Below are positions 16,123 to 24,672 of a DNA stretch of 32,000 bases, piece after piece. Both the position numbers and the translations under genes were made by a program. How positions within the stretch are numbered: the stretch's first letter is position 1; each line of letters starts with the position of its first letter. The notes under the pieces are model-generated. The model did not search any database. It was given only the letters and a program-made list of their open reading frames with translations, and was not told the DNA's origin. Source of the stretch: an uncultured bacterium (GTDB lineage Bacteria > Babelota > Babeliae > Babelales > RVW-14); the NCBI GenBank assembly GCA_963759805.1, contig CAVXAT010000004.1:10562-42561 (forward strand). Reading direction: 5' to 3'.

Positions 16123-16677
16123 ATGCAGGGTAAAAATATGCCAAGCCTCGTATTTGATCCGAACAAATTTAATCCAAATTTAATAAGAGCAGTAATTGGA
16201 CTGGGCAATCCAGGGCCGTCTTATTATAAAACTCGGCACAGCATAGGATTCAGAATAATAGATAAAATTGCTGAGCAATCCGGCGTGTCATTTAATCAGT
16301 CTGATAACAAAGAGTACACAAAAACAGACTCCGTCTATCTAATCAAACCGCTTACATTTATGAATAAATCCGGCGAAGTTATTCCATTTCTTCAAAAAAA
16401 AGGGATAAAGCCCGAAGAGATTTTGGTTATTCATGATGAGCTTGAAAAACCGTTTGGACATACTTCAATTAAATTTGGGGGCAGCGCAAAGGGTCACAAC
16501 GGTCTTAAATCTATTATTGGTTTTATGGGACAAGGCTTTTGGCGCTTAAGATTTGGAATTGGCAGACCGGGCGATAATTCTGATGTTGGGTCCTATGTTC
16601 TTACCTCTTTCTCAAAAGATGAAGAGTCTGAAGTTGAAAATTTGATTCAAAAGGCAATTTCTCTGATAATGGGATAA
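16123..16677 (+). CDS. pth: Peptidyl-tRNA hydrolase
   Basis: IGLGNPGPSYYKTRHSIGF signature, HDELEKPFG, and GHNGLKSI. Confidence 0.85.
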   Translation: MQGKNMPSLVFDPNKFNPNLIRAVIGLGNPGPSYYKTRHSIGFRIIDKIAEQSGVSFNQSDNKEYTKTDSVYLIKPLTFMNKSGEVIPFLQKKGIKPEEILVIHDELEKPFGHTSIKFGGSAKGHNGLKSIIGFMGQGFWRLRFGIGRPGDNSDVGSYVLTSFSKDEESEVENLIQKAISLIMG

Positions 16678-16694
16678 TTATAAAATAATAAGCA

Positions 16695-17780
16695 TCAGCT
16701 TTTTGCCAACCATGCTATCGTGTTATTGTGAATTATCTGCAGCCCGCATGCTTGGTACTCAAGCATCTTAGTCGGCCTTGAAACCCAGTTGATGACATCA
16801 GGCTCACGAAGCAAAAATCCAAAATTTGCAGCGCACATGTATCTGTAAAGTTCTTCCGGTTTAACATGCATGATTTTATAATTTGATTTGGGGATTTTTA
16901 GTTTTTTCAGTTCTTTTTCAAATGGCTCTTGATCTTGTGTCAGCACAAGCATAAAACTTTTTGGATCTTTAAAATATTGGAAAGAAAAGCTTTCTATAGT
17001 TTCTTTGGCGCATTGCCATGGTTTGAATGATCCGCTGTAGCAGTAAACAGTGTAATCATCCGGTATGCCCAACTCATCTCGAACTTGAGTTCGCCACACG
17101 ACAACTTGGTATTTATCGATAGTTTTTGGAATGTCATTTATTGCGATAATTATTTTTACAGGATCAGCTCCAAATTCTTGAATTAAATAATTTTTAAGCG
17201 CGGGGCTAACAGCCTCGATTTTTAAGTTAAATAAAGATGATGTTTGGGCTTTATAAACAGTTTTTTCGATTCTTTGCAAACTTTTAAATATCAATTTGTC
17301 CCAAATTATTTTAACTCCCAGATTTTTGATGTTGGCCAATATGTTTTTTTGATTCGAATAACGATACTCTTGTGCGCACAAGCCTCGAGCTTGTATCAAA
17401 ACATGCGTATCAAAATTTTTTATATTAGAAAGTGCTTTCAATGTTATGTAGCCTGCCAGTGGCCCACGTGCTGTAATCTGATCGAATGTGAATGTTTTTA
17501 AAAACTTAGTTAAACAGGATATTGCGTGGGTTAGGCTTAATTTCCCTAAAAATGAGTATCTATGTAAAAATATATATTTTAGACGTTTATGTTGCCCGAA
17601 AATTTTTATGGCATCTTCGTTTTTAGGAATATGCCTTTCGAAACAGACAAATGTGACATGCAAATTTTCGTTCTGATTAATCTCATTTAAAATTGGGCTT
17701 AAAACTTGGCTTTGAAAGACGGAATTTTCAATTCCGTCATAAACAACAAATGCTAACTGTTTTGTTTTATTTTTAATCAT
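16695..17780 (-). CDS. GT-B fold (GT4-like) glycosyltransferase, specificity unknown
   Basis: 361-aa ORF. The C-terminal PTKMLEYQACGLQIIHNN resembles the P-x-K-x-x-E-Y-x-A-x-G motif of group-1 glycosyltransferases. The N-terminal half is Rossmann-like. This is a by-eye call only. Confidence 0.4.
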   Translation of the reverse strand: MIKNKTKQLAFVVYDGIENSVFQSQVLSPILNEINQNENLHVTFVCFERHIPKNEDAIKIFGQHKRLKYIFLHRYSFLGKLSLTHAISCLTKFLKTFTFDQITARGPLAGYITLKALSNIKNFDTHVLIQARGLCAQEYRYSNQKNILANIKNLGVKIIWDKLIFKSLQRIEKTVYKAQTSSLFNLKIEAVSPALKNYLIQEFGADPVKIIIAINDIPKTIDKYQVVVWRTQVRDELGIPDDYTVYCYSGSFKPWQCAKETIESFSFQYFKDPKSFMLVLTQDQEPFEKELKKLKIPKSNYKIMHVKPEELYRYMCAANFGFLLREPDVINWVSRPTKMLEYQACGLQIIHNNTIAWLAKS

Positions 17781-17819
17781 TAGAGTCCTTTGCGCCTTTT
17801 AAAAGTTATTCTTAAGCGC

Positions 17820-18086
17820 CCATGCAGTTTACTGCGTGGAAGCGAAATCTCGCCACTCGCCTCTGCGTAGCCTTAAGTTCTACAATACCTTTCGAATTCA
17901 GGCTACGGCGAAGCGGGGTAGCCGAATTTGTTACCAATTTGCAATCATGGAATTTTCTGGCGACGGCGGATTAAAGCTATTGTATGATGATGCTGGGCAA
18001 AGTGCAAGTTACGCGGATGTTCTCGACTTCAAGTAAGGCAAAAACTCGTATATTCGTCCGCAGAAAATTAGAATTTGTTAGAAGAA
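17820..18086 (+). ncRNA. Candidate structured RNA / GC-rich repeat region (unclassified)
   Basis: The intergenic stretch between two minus-strand genes is markedly more GC-rich than other spacers. Hairpins include ggctac(17901-06)/gtagcc(17918-23) and an imperfect long pairing of cgcctctgcgtagcc with ggctacggcgaagcg. It ends at a terminator with a good + strand T tract. I recognise no known RNA family signature. Confidence 0.25.
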
Positions 18087-18128
18087 AAGAAGTCTCGACT
18101 TTTTACAGATCGAGACTTCTTCTTTTTT
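18087..18128. terminator. Bidirectional rho-independent terminator
   Basis: 12-bp perfect stem aagaagtctcga (18087-18098) / tcgagacttctt (18110-18121) with an 11-nt loop. It is followed by cttttttg on the + strand and by ttttcttct on the - strand. It lies 12 nt downstream of the stop of CDS 18140..19075. Confidence 0.75.
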
Positions 18129-18139
18129 GTTAGTTAATT

Positions 18140-19075
18140 TTAACGTCTAAAATATTTCATTAGTCTCTCAGACAATTCATTAACTCCGCATTCGGCATTT
18201 TTCCTAAATTCTTCATAATTTTTCTGAAAGAAGCTTCTGTCTTCGCTACCGCCAAAACCAGGTTTTTCGGTATCTATAAAAGCCCATTTCAAAATCCCAT
18301 TTTCGTCGATCAAAACAACATTGGTTTCACCCAAGTCCCACAAACCGGCATAAGTTATAACTTGTACCAATTCGGTTAATAATTCATCGTAAACTGATTT
18401 TACTGCTAAAATATCGGCTGCTGATTTATCTCTCAGGCCGCTTGATTCCATGAAATCTGCGAATTGTCTATTTCTGTTTGTGGCAAGTAATCTAGAGATA
18501 TCTTCGACTACAACAACATAGTTGTCATCACATAAAGCTGCAGGTTTTCCTGGAATATGATAAAGATATTTCTCTATTATTCTTACGTGATTGAGGTGAT
18601 TTTCTTGCACACATCTTTTAATCTTTTGATTATAAAAAACTCTACTTATATTTTGATATGGTGTTACAGCTGCTCTAAAATCAGCGGCGATTGGAGTTTT
18701 AAAATAATCATAAATGCCTGGAAGAGATGGCAGTTTCATATGTTGAATTTTAAGCAAGAATCCGGGAATTAAATTTTGTATTAAGAAAAGCTTGCTGTTA
18801 ACATTGAGGCCAATTCTATATTTTTGTACGATTTGCTGAAGTATGGGTTGATAATGCTGTGCAAACATTGGTTGTTGTCTATCTATAAACACTTCTCTTA
18901 CAATTGGATCTGAGAAGAAGGCATCTAATCTGGGCGCCATTTCGAAAGGCATTTGGCATTCAGCCAAAATTTGACTGGCCTCCGCTTTGGATAGATCTGC
19001 TTTCAAATGTGTGCTACAGGATAGAAATAAACAGAGGGCCATGAGGCTATTTCTTAAAAATATGCGACTATTCAT
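18140..19075 (-). CDS. Secreted hypothetical protein with a protein-kinase-like catalytic motif pattern
   Basis: Signal peptide is MNSRIFLRNSLMALCLFLSCSTHLKA. WDLGETNVVL gives D247-x4-N252, followed 21 residues after D247 by FIDTE (D268). Upstream are GFLLKIQ (candidate beta3 Lys) and YVVVVEDI (hinge-like). The motif pattern was read by eye. Confidence 0.4.
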   Translation of the reverse strand: MNSRIFLRNSLMALCLFLSCSTHLKADLSKAEASQILAECQMPFEMAPRLDAFFSDPIVREVFIDRQQPMFAQHYQPILQQIVQKYRIGLNVNSKLFLIQNLIPGFLLKIQHMKLPSLPGIYDYFKTPIAADFRAAVTPYQNISRVFYNQKIKRCVQENHLNHVRIIEKYLYHIPGKPAALCDDNYVVVVEDISRLLATNRNRQFADFMESSGLRDKSAADILAVKSVYDELLTELVQVITYAGLWDLGETNVVLIDENGILKWAFIDTEKPGFGGSEDRSFFQKNYEEFRKNAECGVNELSERLMKYFRR

Positions 19076-19323
19076 AAAATCTCCTAAAGTGTTAAAAAAT
19101 ACTGTAAATTATTATCTATTTTCATTATATTGCCAAACTGCAAAAAAATCAAGAGGAATTAAAAATCGATAAAAACACTAAAAAATGAGCAGGAAACCAG
19201 CTGAATTCTGCAGAAGATGTGCATTTTTAAAATTGAACTTTGAAAACGCACAAAATTGTTGTATGCTATTATCAAATCAATTGTTTCGTGTTTTATCCCA
19301 ATCTAAACTATTAGGATTGTACA

Positions 19324-20511
19324 ATGTTTTCAAGAGATATAGAAAAAATATTGCCGGATTATATGCCGTTTCCAGCATTGGTCATACAGGGACCACGTCA
19401 GGCTGGAAAAACATTCTTTGCTCAAGCAATGTTCAAAGAACATTTATATACGTCTTTTGAGGATCCCGATACCCGATCTTTGGCTAAAAATGATCCACGC
19501 AGATTTCTTCAGATCAATGAAAACCAACATGGAATAATTATCGATGAATTCCAGTATGTCCCGGAAATACTTTCTTATCTGCAATTGGAAATTGATGCGA
19601 AAGATCGACCCGGGTATTTTGTTCTTACCGGATCCCAAAATTTTTTAATGAATCAGGCAGTTACGCAGACGTTGGCAGGACGCGTTGGCATTCTCACACT
19701 TTCACCAATGTCATTGCACGAGATTAGTTCAAATGCTCTTGGTAGCGATGATATCGATATGAATATTTTTAATGGAGGATACCCGCGGCTTTTTGCAAAA
19801 AATATCCAACCATCAAAATTTTATCCACCATACATTCAGACGTACGTTGAACGTGATGTCAGGCAGCTTGTTAATGTTGGGGATCTACATGCATTCCAGC
19901 AATTTATTGGGCTTTGTGCCGGTCGTGTTGGCCAATTGCTCAATCTTTCTGAGATTGGCGGTGTTTGTGGAATCAGTCAGCCAACAGCACGTAGCTGGAT
20001 TTCTATCCTGGAGGCCAGTTATATACTTTTTTTTCTGCAACCATACTCAAAAAATTACAGTAGGCGTCTGACTAAATCACCTAAGCTTTATTTTTATGAT
20101 TCTGGTCTTATCTGCGCTCTTTTGGGAATAGAGTCTCATGCAGTACTTGCCAAGCACCCGCTAAGAGGGAATATTTTCGAAAACTTTATCATTGCTGATC
20201 TCTATAAACAGTATCTCAATATTGGACGGCGACCGCCATTGTATTTTTGGCGTGATCTGAATGGAAGGCTTGAAGTTGATTGCATAATAGACGAGGGAGG
20301 AAAAATTTTCCCGGTTGAAATCAAATCGTCGACAACGGTTGCTCCTGATTTTTTTTATGGCATCAATCAATGGAACATCATGGCTGGGGTTCCTTCAAAA
20401 AATTCTTATATCATTTATGGTGGTTCACTTAAACAAGAACGATCGGCGGGAAATATTGTTGGCTGGAAGGCTGCGGGTACATTTGTTGAAGACATTATCA
20501 AAGAATCTTAA
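19324..20511 (+). CDS. COG1373-type ATPase (AAA_14 N-domain plus DUF4143, with a PD-(D/E)xK-like C-terminus)
   Basis: Walker A is GPRQAGKTF and Walker B is IIIDEFQY. The C-terminal LEVDCIIDEGGKIFPVEIKSS fits a D...E-x-K nuclease-fold motif. Confidence 0.7.
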   Translation: MFSRDIEKILPDYMPFPALVIQGPRQAGKTFFAQAMFKEHLYTSFEDPDTRSLAKNDPRRFLQINENQHGIIIDEFQYVPEILSYLQLEIDAKDRPGYFVLTGSQNFLMNQAVTQTLAGRVGILTLSPMSLHEISSNALGSDDIDMNIFNGGYPRLFAKNIQPSKFYPPYIQTYVERDVRQLVNVGDLHAFQQFIGLCAGRVGQLLNLSEIGGVCGISQPTARSWISILEASYILFFLQPYSKNYSRRLTKSPKLYFYDSGLICALLGIESHAVLAKHPLRGNIFENFIIADLYKQYLNIGRRPPLYFWRDLNGRLEVDCIIDEGGKIFPVEIKSSTTVAPDFFYGINQWNIMAGVPSKNSYIIYGGSLKQERSAGNIVGWKAAGTFVEDIIKES

Positions 20512-20532
20512 GTGGGTATTAAGGATTGTCAT

Positions 20533-22950
20533 ATGAAGTTTATAAAATTATTTGAAGAGATAGGCATAAAGGACATTGCTTCTGTGGGGGGGAAAAATGC
20601 GTCGCTTGGTGAAATGATTCGGAATCTGAGTTCTAAGGGTGTTCTAATCCCTTCAGGTTTTGCAATTACAGCTCAGGCTTACTGGCACCACATTAGAAGT
20701 AATAATTTGGAAGAAAAAATTAAAGCATTGCTGCACAAAGTTGATAAAAATAATCTTGAGGCGTTTGCAACAATTGGCCATGAAATTAGGTCATTAATTC
20801 GGTCTGCCCCACTTCCACAAGACTTGGCTGCCGAGATTAAAGAAGCATATAAAGCTCTTGAGAAAAAGTATGGAATAGCATGTGATGTTGCCGTACGCTC
20901 GTCTGCAACGGCAGAGGATCTGCCAGAGGCGTCTTTTGCAGGGCAGCAAGAAACTCTTTTAAATATTCGTGGTGAAGTAGAATTACTGAAAGCCTGCCCT
21001 GAAATATTTGCCTCACTTTTTACAGACAGATCAATTTCGTATCGAATTGACAATGGTTTTAATCATATGAGTGTCGCACTTTCAATTGGCGTGCAGAAAA
21101 TGGTAGAATCCGGAGATGCAAGCTCCGGCGTTGTTTTTACGCTTGATACTGAGAGCGGTTTTAAGGATGTTATTTTTATAACAGCTTCTTACGGTCTTGG
21201 TGAAAATATAGTGCAAGGTACGGTAAATCCGGATGAGTATTATGTTCATAAGCCCACTTTGAGCCAGGGATTCAAATCTTTGCTCAAAAAACGCTTGGGT
21301 AGCAAGCGGTTTAAGATGGTCTATTCGCAGAATAGTAAAAACGGAACACAAAACACAACACAAAATATTGCTACAAACGAATCCGAACAGAAATCATTTG
21401 CACTTAGCGATGCAGAAATCATCGATCTTGCACGTCAATCTTTAATTATCGAAAATCACTACTCTGAACTGAAAAAAGAGTGGTGTCCGATGGATATTGA
21501 ATGGGCAAAGGACAGCATAGATGGAAAGATTTATATCGTTCAGGCGCGTCCTGAAACAGTTCATTCTCAGCAGACAAAGAATCTGTTTTTTGAAGAGTAT
21601 ATTTTATCTTCGGGTTCTGATAAAGCTGGCCCTGATAAAAAAGATTTGATTATTGCCGGAAGAAGCATTGGGCGAAAAATCGTAACAGGTAAAGCCAGGC
21701 TTGTTGAGTCTGCCAAAAAAATGCACCAGATTGAGCAGGGTGAGATTCTTGTGACAGATATGACTGATCCAGACTGGGAACCAATCATGAAGCTTGCAGG
21801 TGGAATTATAACCAACCGGGGAGGAAGAACGTGTCATGCTGCAATTATTAGCAGAGAGATCGGAATTCCTGCAATAGTTGGAACGGGTAATGCGACACAA
21901 AAAATAAAAAATGGGCAGGTTATTACGCTGGATTGTAGTAGCGGTGAGATTGGATCTGTCTACAATGGCAAAATTCCGTTTGATATTAAAAGAGTCGAAT
22001 TAAGTGACATCAAAAAGCCACCGGTGGACATTATGATGAATGTTGGAAATCCGGATGAGGCTTTTAATTTTGCACTGTTGCCCAACAGTGGAGTAGGGCT
22101 TGCAAGGCTTGAATTTATAATTAATAACTCTATCAAAATTCATCCAATGGCATTGGCTTGCCCTGAAAAGGTTACAGATGTTGATGAAAATAAAAAAATT
22201 CAAGATTTGACCTATGGGTATAGTGACAAAAAACAGTTTTTTATCGATAAACTTGCGCAAGAGGCTGGAACAATTGCTGCGGCATTTTATCCAAAGCCTG
22301 TGATTATCCGTATGTCAGATTTTAAGAGCAATGAGTACAGATCTCTTATTGGGGGGATTTATTTTGAGCCTGAAGAAGAAAACCCAATGCTTGGATTTCG
22401 TGGTGCATCACGGTATTATAACGAAAAGTATAAGGCAGGTTTTGAGCTTGAATGTCTTGCCATGAAAAAAATTCGTGGCGAGATGGGAATGAAGAATGTT
22501 AAGCTTATGATCCCATTCGTGCGGACAATTGATGATGCCAAATCTGCGATTTCTGAGATGAAACGGCATGCGTTAGAGCAGGGTAAAGATAATCTCGAGA
22601 TTTACATGATGTGCGAGATTCCGTCTAATGTTTTGCTGATTGATCAATTTTCCAAAATATTTGATGGCTTTTCGATAGGGTCAAATGATTTAACGCAAAT
22701 GGTCTTGGCTGTAGATCGTGATTCAGACTTTGTTGCAAATATTTTTGATGAGCGCAATGAAGCTGTGAAAATTATGCTTGAAATGGCGATCAAAGGGGCT
22801 AAAAAAGTCGGGAAGAAGATTGGAATCTGCGGGCAGGCTCCCTCAGATTATCCTGAAATTGCAGAATTTCTAATAAAACTTGGTATTGACTCAATTTCAT
22901 TAAATCCCGACTCTGTGCTAAAAGAAATCTTGTTGCTCGCAAAGAAATAA
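20533..22950 (+). CDS. ppsA: Phosphoenolpyruvate synthase (pyruvate, water dikinase)
   Basis: The N-terminus carries VGGKNASLGEM. The phospho-His swivel motif is GGRTCHAAIISRE. The C-terminal PEP-utilizer TIM motif is GSNDLTQ. ATG 20533 (MKFIKLFEEIG) is preferred over the track start GTG 20512. Confidence 0.9.
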   Translation: MKFIKLFEEIGIKDIASVGGKNASLGEMIRNLSSKGVLIPSGFAITAQAYWHHIRSNNLEEKIKALLHKVDKNNLEAFATIGHEIRSLIRSAPLPQDLAAEIKEAYKALEKKYGIACDVAVRSSATAEDLPEASFAGQQETLLNIRGEVELLKACPEIFASLFTDRSISYRIDNGFNHMSVALSIGVQKMVESGDASSGVVFTLDTESGFKDVIFITASYGLGENIVQGTVNPDEYYVHKPTLSQGFKSLLKKRLGSKRFKMVYSQNSKNGTQNTTQNIATNESEQKSFALSDAEIIDLARQSLIIENHYSELKKEWCPMDIEWAKDSIDGKIYIVQARPETVHSQQTKNLFFEEYILSSGSDKAGPDKKDLIIAGRSIGRKIVTGKARLVESAKKMHQIEQGEILVTDMTDPDWEPIMKLAGGIITNRGGRTCHAAIISREIGIPAIVGTGNATQKIKNGQVITLDCSSGEIGSVYNGKIPFDIKRVELSDIKKPPVDIMMNVGNPDEAFNFALLPNSGVGLARLEFIINNSIKIHPMALACPEKVTDVDENKKIQDLTYGYSDKKQFFIDKLAQEAGTIAAAFYPKPVIIRMSDFKSNEYRSLIGGIYFEPEEENPMLGFRGASRYYNEKYKAGFELECLAMKKIRGEMGMKNVKLMIPFVRTIDDAKSAISEMKRHALEQGKDNLEIYMMCEIPSNVLLIDQFSKIFDGFSIGSNDLTQMVLAVDRDSDFVANIFDERNEAVKIMLEMAIKGAKKVGKKIGICGQAPSDYPEIAEFLIKLGIDSISLNPDSVLKEILLLAKK

Positions 22951-22951
22951 T

Positions 22952-22986
22952 AAAACTCAGGGAGGCGCCAAGCCTCCCTGAGTTTG
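22952..22986. terminator. Bidirectional rho-independent terminator between convergent genes
   Basis: 11-bp stem ctcagggaggc (22956-66) / gcctccctgag (22972-82) with loop gccaa. It is flanked by aaaa and tttg. It lies between the ppsA stop (22950) and the stop of CDS 23005..23670. Confidence 0.75.
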
Positions 22987-23004
22987 TGATGAGATGTCTG
23001 TTGG

Positions 23005-23670
23005 TTATTTTACATTCCAGTGACTTAAGACATTTGTGTGAGCCGGAACATAATTTTGTGGAGGAGACAACCGTGGTGGCGTTATCAGGCCCGAATTTGT
23101 TGTGCCTGGGAGTATCAGACCCCAATTTGTTGCGCCTGGACAAGGGTCTGTGATATAGAGTTTATAAGTTTGCCCATTTACTGGACTTACTGCGTTAAAG
23201 TAAAGCATGATCTTTGGAAAGTTGTTCGAAAGACTCTGCAGAAATGTTTTAAGCTGAGTAAGCTGAGTAGCGAGCTGAGCATTTTGTTTGGATGCGTTTG
23301 AAATAGCTTTTGCCAGAGTCGACATAACTGAGGCATTTGGCAAAACGCCACGTTTAATCAAATTTTGGACTTGATTTGGATCCTTAACCAATGTAACGGA
23401 AGTTGGGTTATTTTGTGCCCACTCTGTAGTAAAGCCAAGCCTTCCTGCACTATAAGAGTTAATTCCATCCGGTGTGTATATAAAATTTGAACTAAGCATT
23501 GGATTGTTGGCGTTTATAAGAGCAAAAAGTTGCGCTATTGTGTAAGTCGTCCCTGCTTGTGGAGTCTTAATTGGAGACTGAATAGGTGCAGCATGTACTG
23601 CAGCACGGTAGCTTGTGATCAAAAGTGTTACAAGCAAACAGAATGTTAGAAATCTTAAACTTATCTTCAT
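23005..23670 (-). CDS. Secreted hypothetical protein
   Basis: Signal peptide is MKISLRFLTFCLLVTLLITSYRAAVHA. A strong RBS (gggaggg) lies upstream. I recognise no domain. Confidence 0.6.
   Translation of the reverse strand: MKISLRFLTFCLLVTLLITSYRAAVHAAPIQSPIKTPQAGTTYTIAQLFALINANNPMLSSNFIYTPDGINSYSAGRLGFTTEWAQNNPTSVTLVKDPNQVQNLIKRGVLPNASVMSTLAKAISNASKQNAQLATQLTQLKTFLQSLSNNFPKIMLYFNAVSPVNGQTYKLYITDPCPGATNWGLILPGTTNSGLITPPRLSPPQNYVPAHTNVLSHWNVK
23084..23143. repeat. Two-copy 30-nt tandem repeat inside CDS 23005..23670
   Basis: atcaggcccgaatttgttgtgcctgg (23084-23109) and atcagaccccaatttgttgcgcctgg (23114-23139) match at 23 of 26 positions. Together they encode PGATNWGLI/LPGTTNSGLI. Confidence 0.7.
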
Positions 23671-23901
23671 AAAACCCTCCCTTTCTCCCCCTCAAAAACG
23701 GTAAACATGTTAAATTTTATGTTTTTTTTATAATATTATATATTTCAAGCTGTAAATACATCATCAATTATCATATTACCGACTTATTTAAATTAAATGC
23801 AAGAAAAATATTATTTTGAATATTTATGTGGAAAGAATGGCAAAACCGGATGAATGCCAAAAGTTGGCGTAATCAAGATTTGGGGTGTTTTTTGATGTTG
23901 G

Positions 23902-24552
23902 CTATAACCAACCAAAGTATTTAACGATCTGTTTGATCAGATCAAATGAAAAATAGAGGCCTAGGATAATAAATGCGATTGACGTAGCGTAAGTTGCAAA
24001 ATGAAGCTGTTTCTGCCCAAGAGTTTTGCGCAAGCTACGTGCAAAAATAGCAACTGTTGAAAATGTTGTCAAAGACCCAAGAGCAAGCATTATGCTGGCA
24101 GTTAAAGAATCAATGCGCGAAATTGTCACGATGTTATCCGGAATAACTTTGACACTGATAAACATAAAAAAGAAAATGGTAATTGGATTTATAAGGGTTA
24201 AAGCAAAAGATTTGGCAATTGTAACGAGTGCCGGCTCTTTGCATTCAATTTGATCTGAGTCATAAGACTGTTGTTTTATGAGCATTCGAATGCCTATAAA
24301 AATAAGAAGCATGCTAACAACTAAATCCATCGCCATGACGACTTTACGGGATGTTTCTAAAAAACCAAGTATACCGACAAAGCTCAGCCCAAACAGTAAC
24401 CCATCACCCATAGCGGCACCAAGGGCTGTTATGAAACCCTTTCTAAAGCCATATAGGGCTCCACGGTTAAATACTAATACAAAAATTGGGCCTATTGCGG
24501 CCGCAGCTGAAAGCCCTACCAGAAAACAATTTCGATATAAAATTAAATTCAT
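23902..24552 (-). CDS. LysE/RhtB-family amino-acid exporter
   Basis: 216-aa polytopic membrane protein. The N-terminal G-x-x-x-A-A-A-I-G-P-I segment (GLSAAAAIGPIFVLVF) and overall hydropathy are typical of LysE-type translocators. Confidence 0.6.
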   Translation of the reverse strand: MNLILYRNCFLVGLSAAAAIGPIFVLVFNRGALYGFRKGFITALGAAMGDGLLFGLSFVGILGFLETSRKVVMAMDLVVSMLLIFIGIRMLIKQQSYDSDQIECKEPALVTIAKSFALTLINPITIFFFMFISVKVIPDNIVTISRIDSLTASIMLALGSLTTFSTVAIFARSLRKTLGQKQLHFATYATSIAFIILGLYFSFDLIKQIVKYFGWL

Positions 24553-24672
24553 TTGGGACCCCTCTTACTTTTTAAAATCTTTCCATTATTCTAGATTTTA
24601 ACACATAAAGAAGCAAAAAAGCCATTTGTAGATATTATAATTCAAAATTAACACTTTTAAAAACGGGATTAC

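Noticed and set aside
17836-18036. 66-aa GTG-initiated + ORF in the 17781-18139 spacer
   Set aside because: It has no RBS and a non-ATG start. Its N-terminal half is translated from palindromic GC-rich repeat-like DNA. The region is more plausibly non-coding.
17781-18139. Possible tRNA, tmRNA, RNase P, or SRP RNA in the GC-rich spacer
   Set aside because: I searched by eye on both strands for GGTTCGAATCC-type T-loops, the tmRNA GGGG..TTCGAC 5' end and CCA-ended acceptor, GGAAAGTCC (RNase P) and the GGAAG..AGCA SRP motif. None is present. It is kept only as an unclassified candidate.
19185-19460. 91-aa + ORF overlapping the start of the COG1373 ATPase gene
   Set aside because: It is out of frame with and overlaps a well-supported CDS. 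It covers the divergent promoter spacer and has no coding-like features.
19829-19837. DnaA-box-like ttatccacc
   Set aside because: It is a single imperfect box inside a coding region, with no cluster and no AT-rich unwinding element. It is not an origin.
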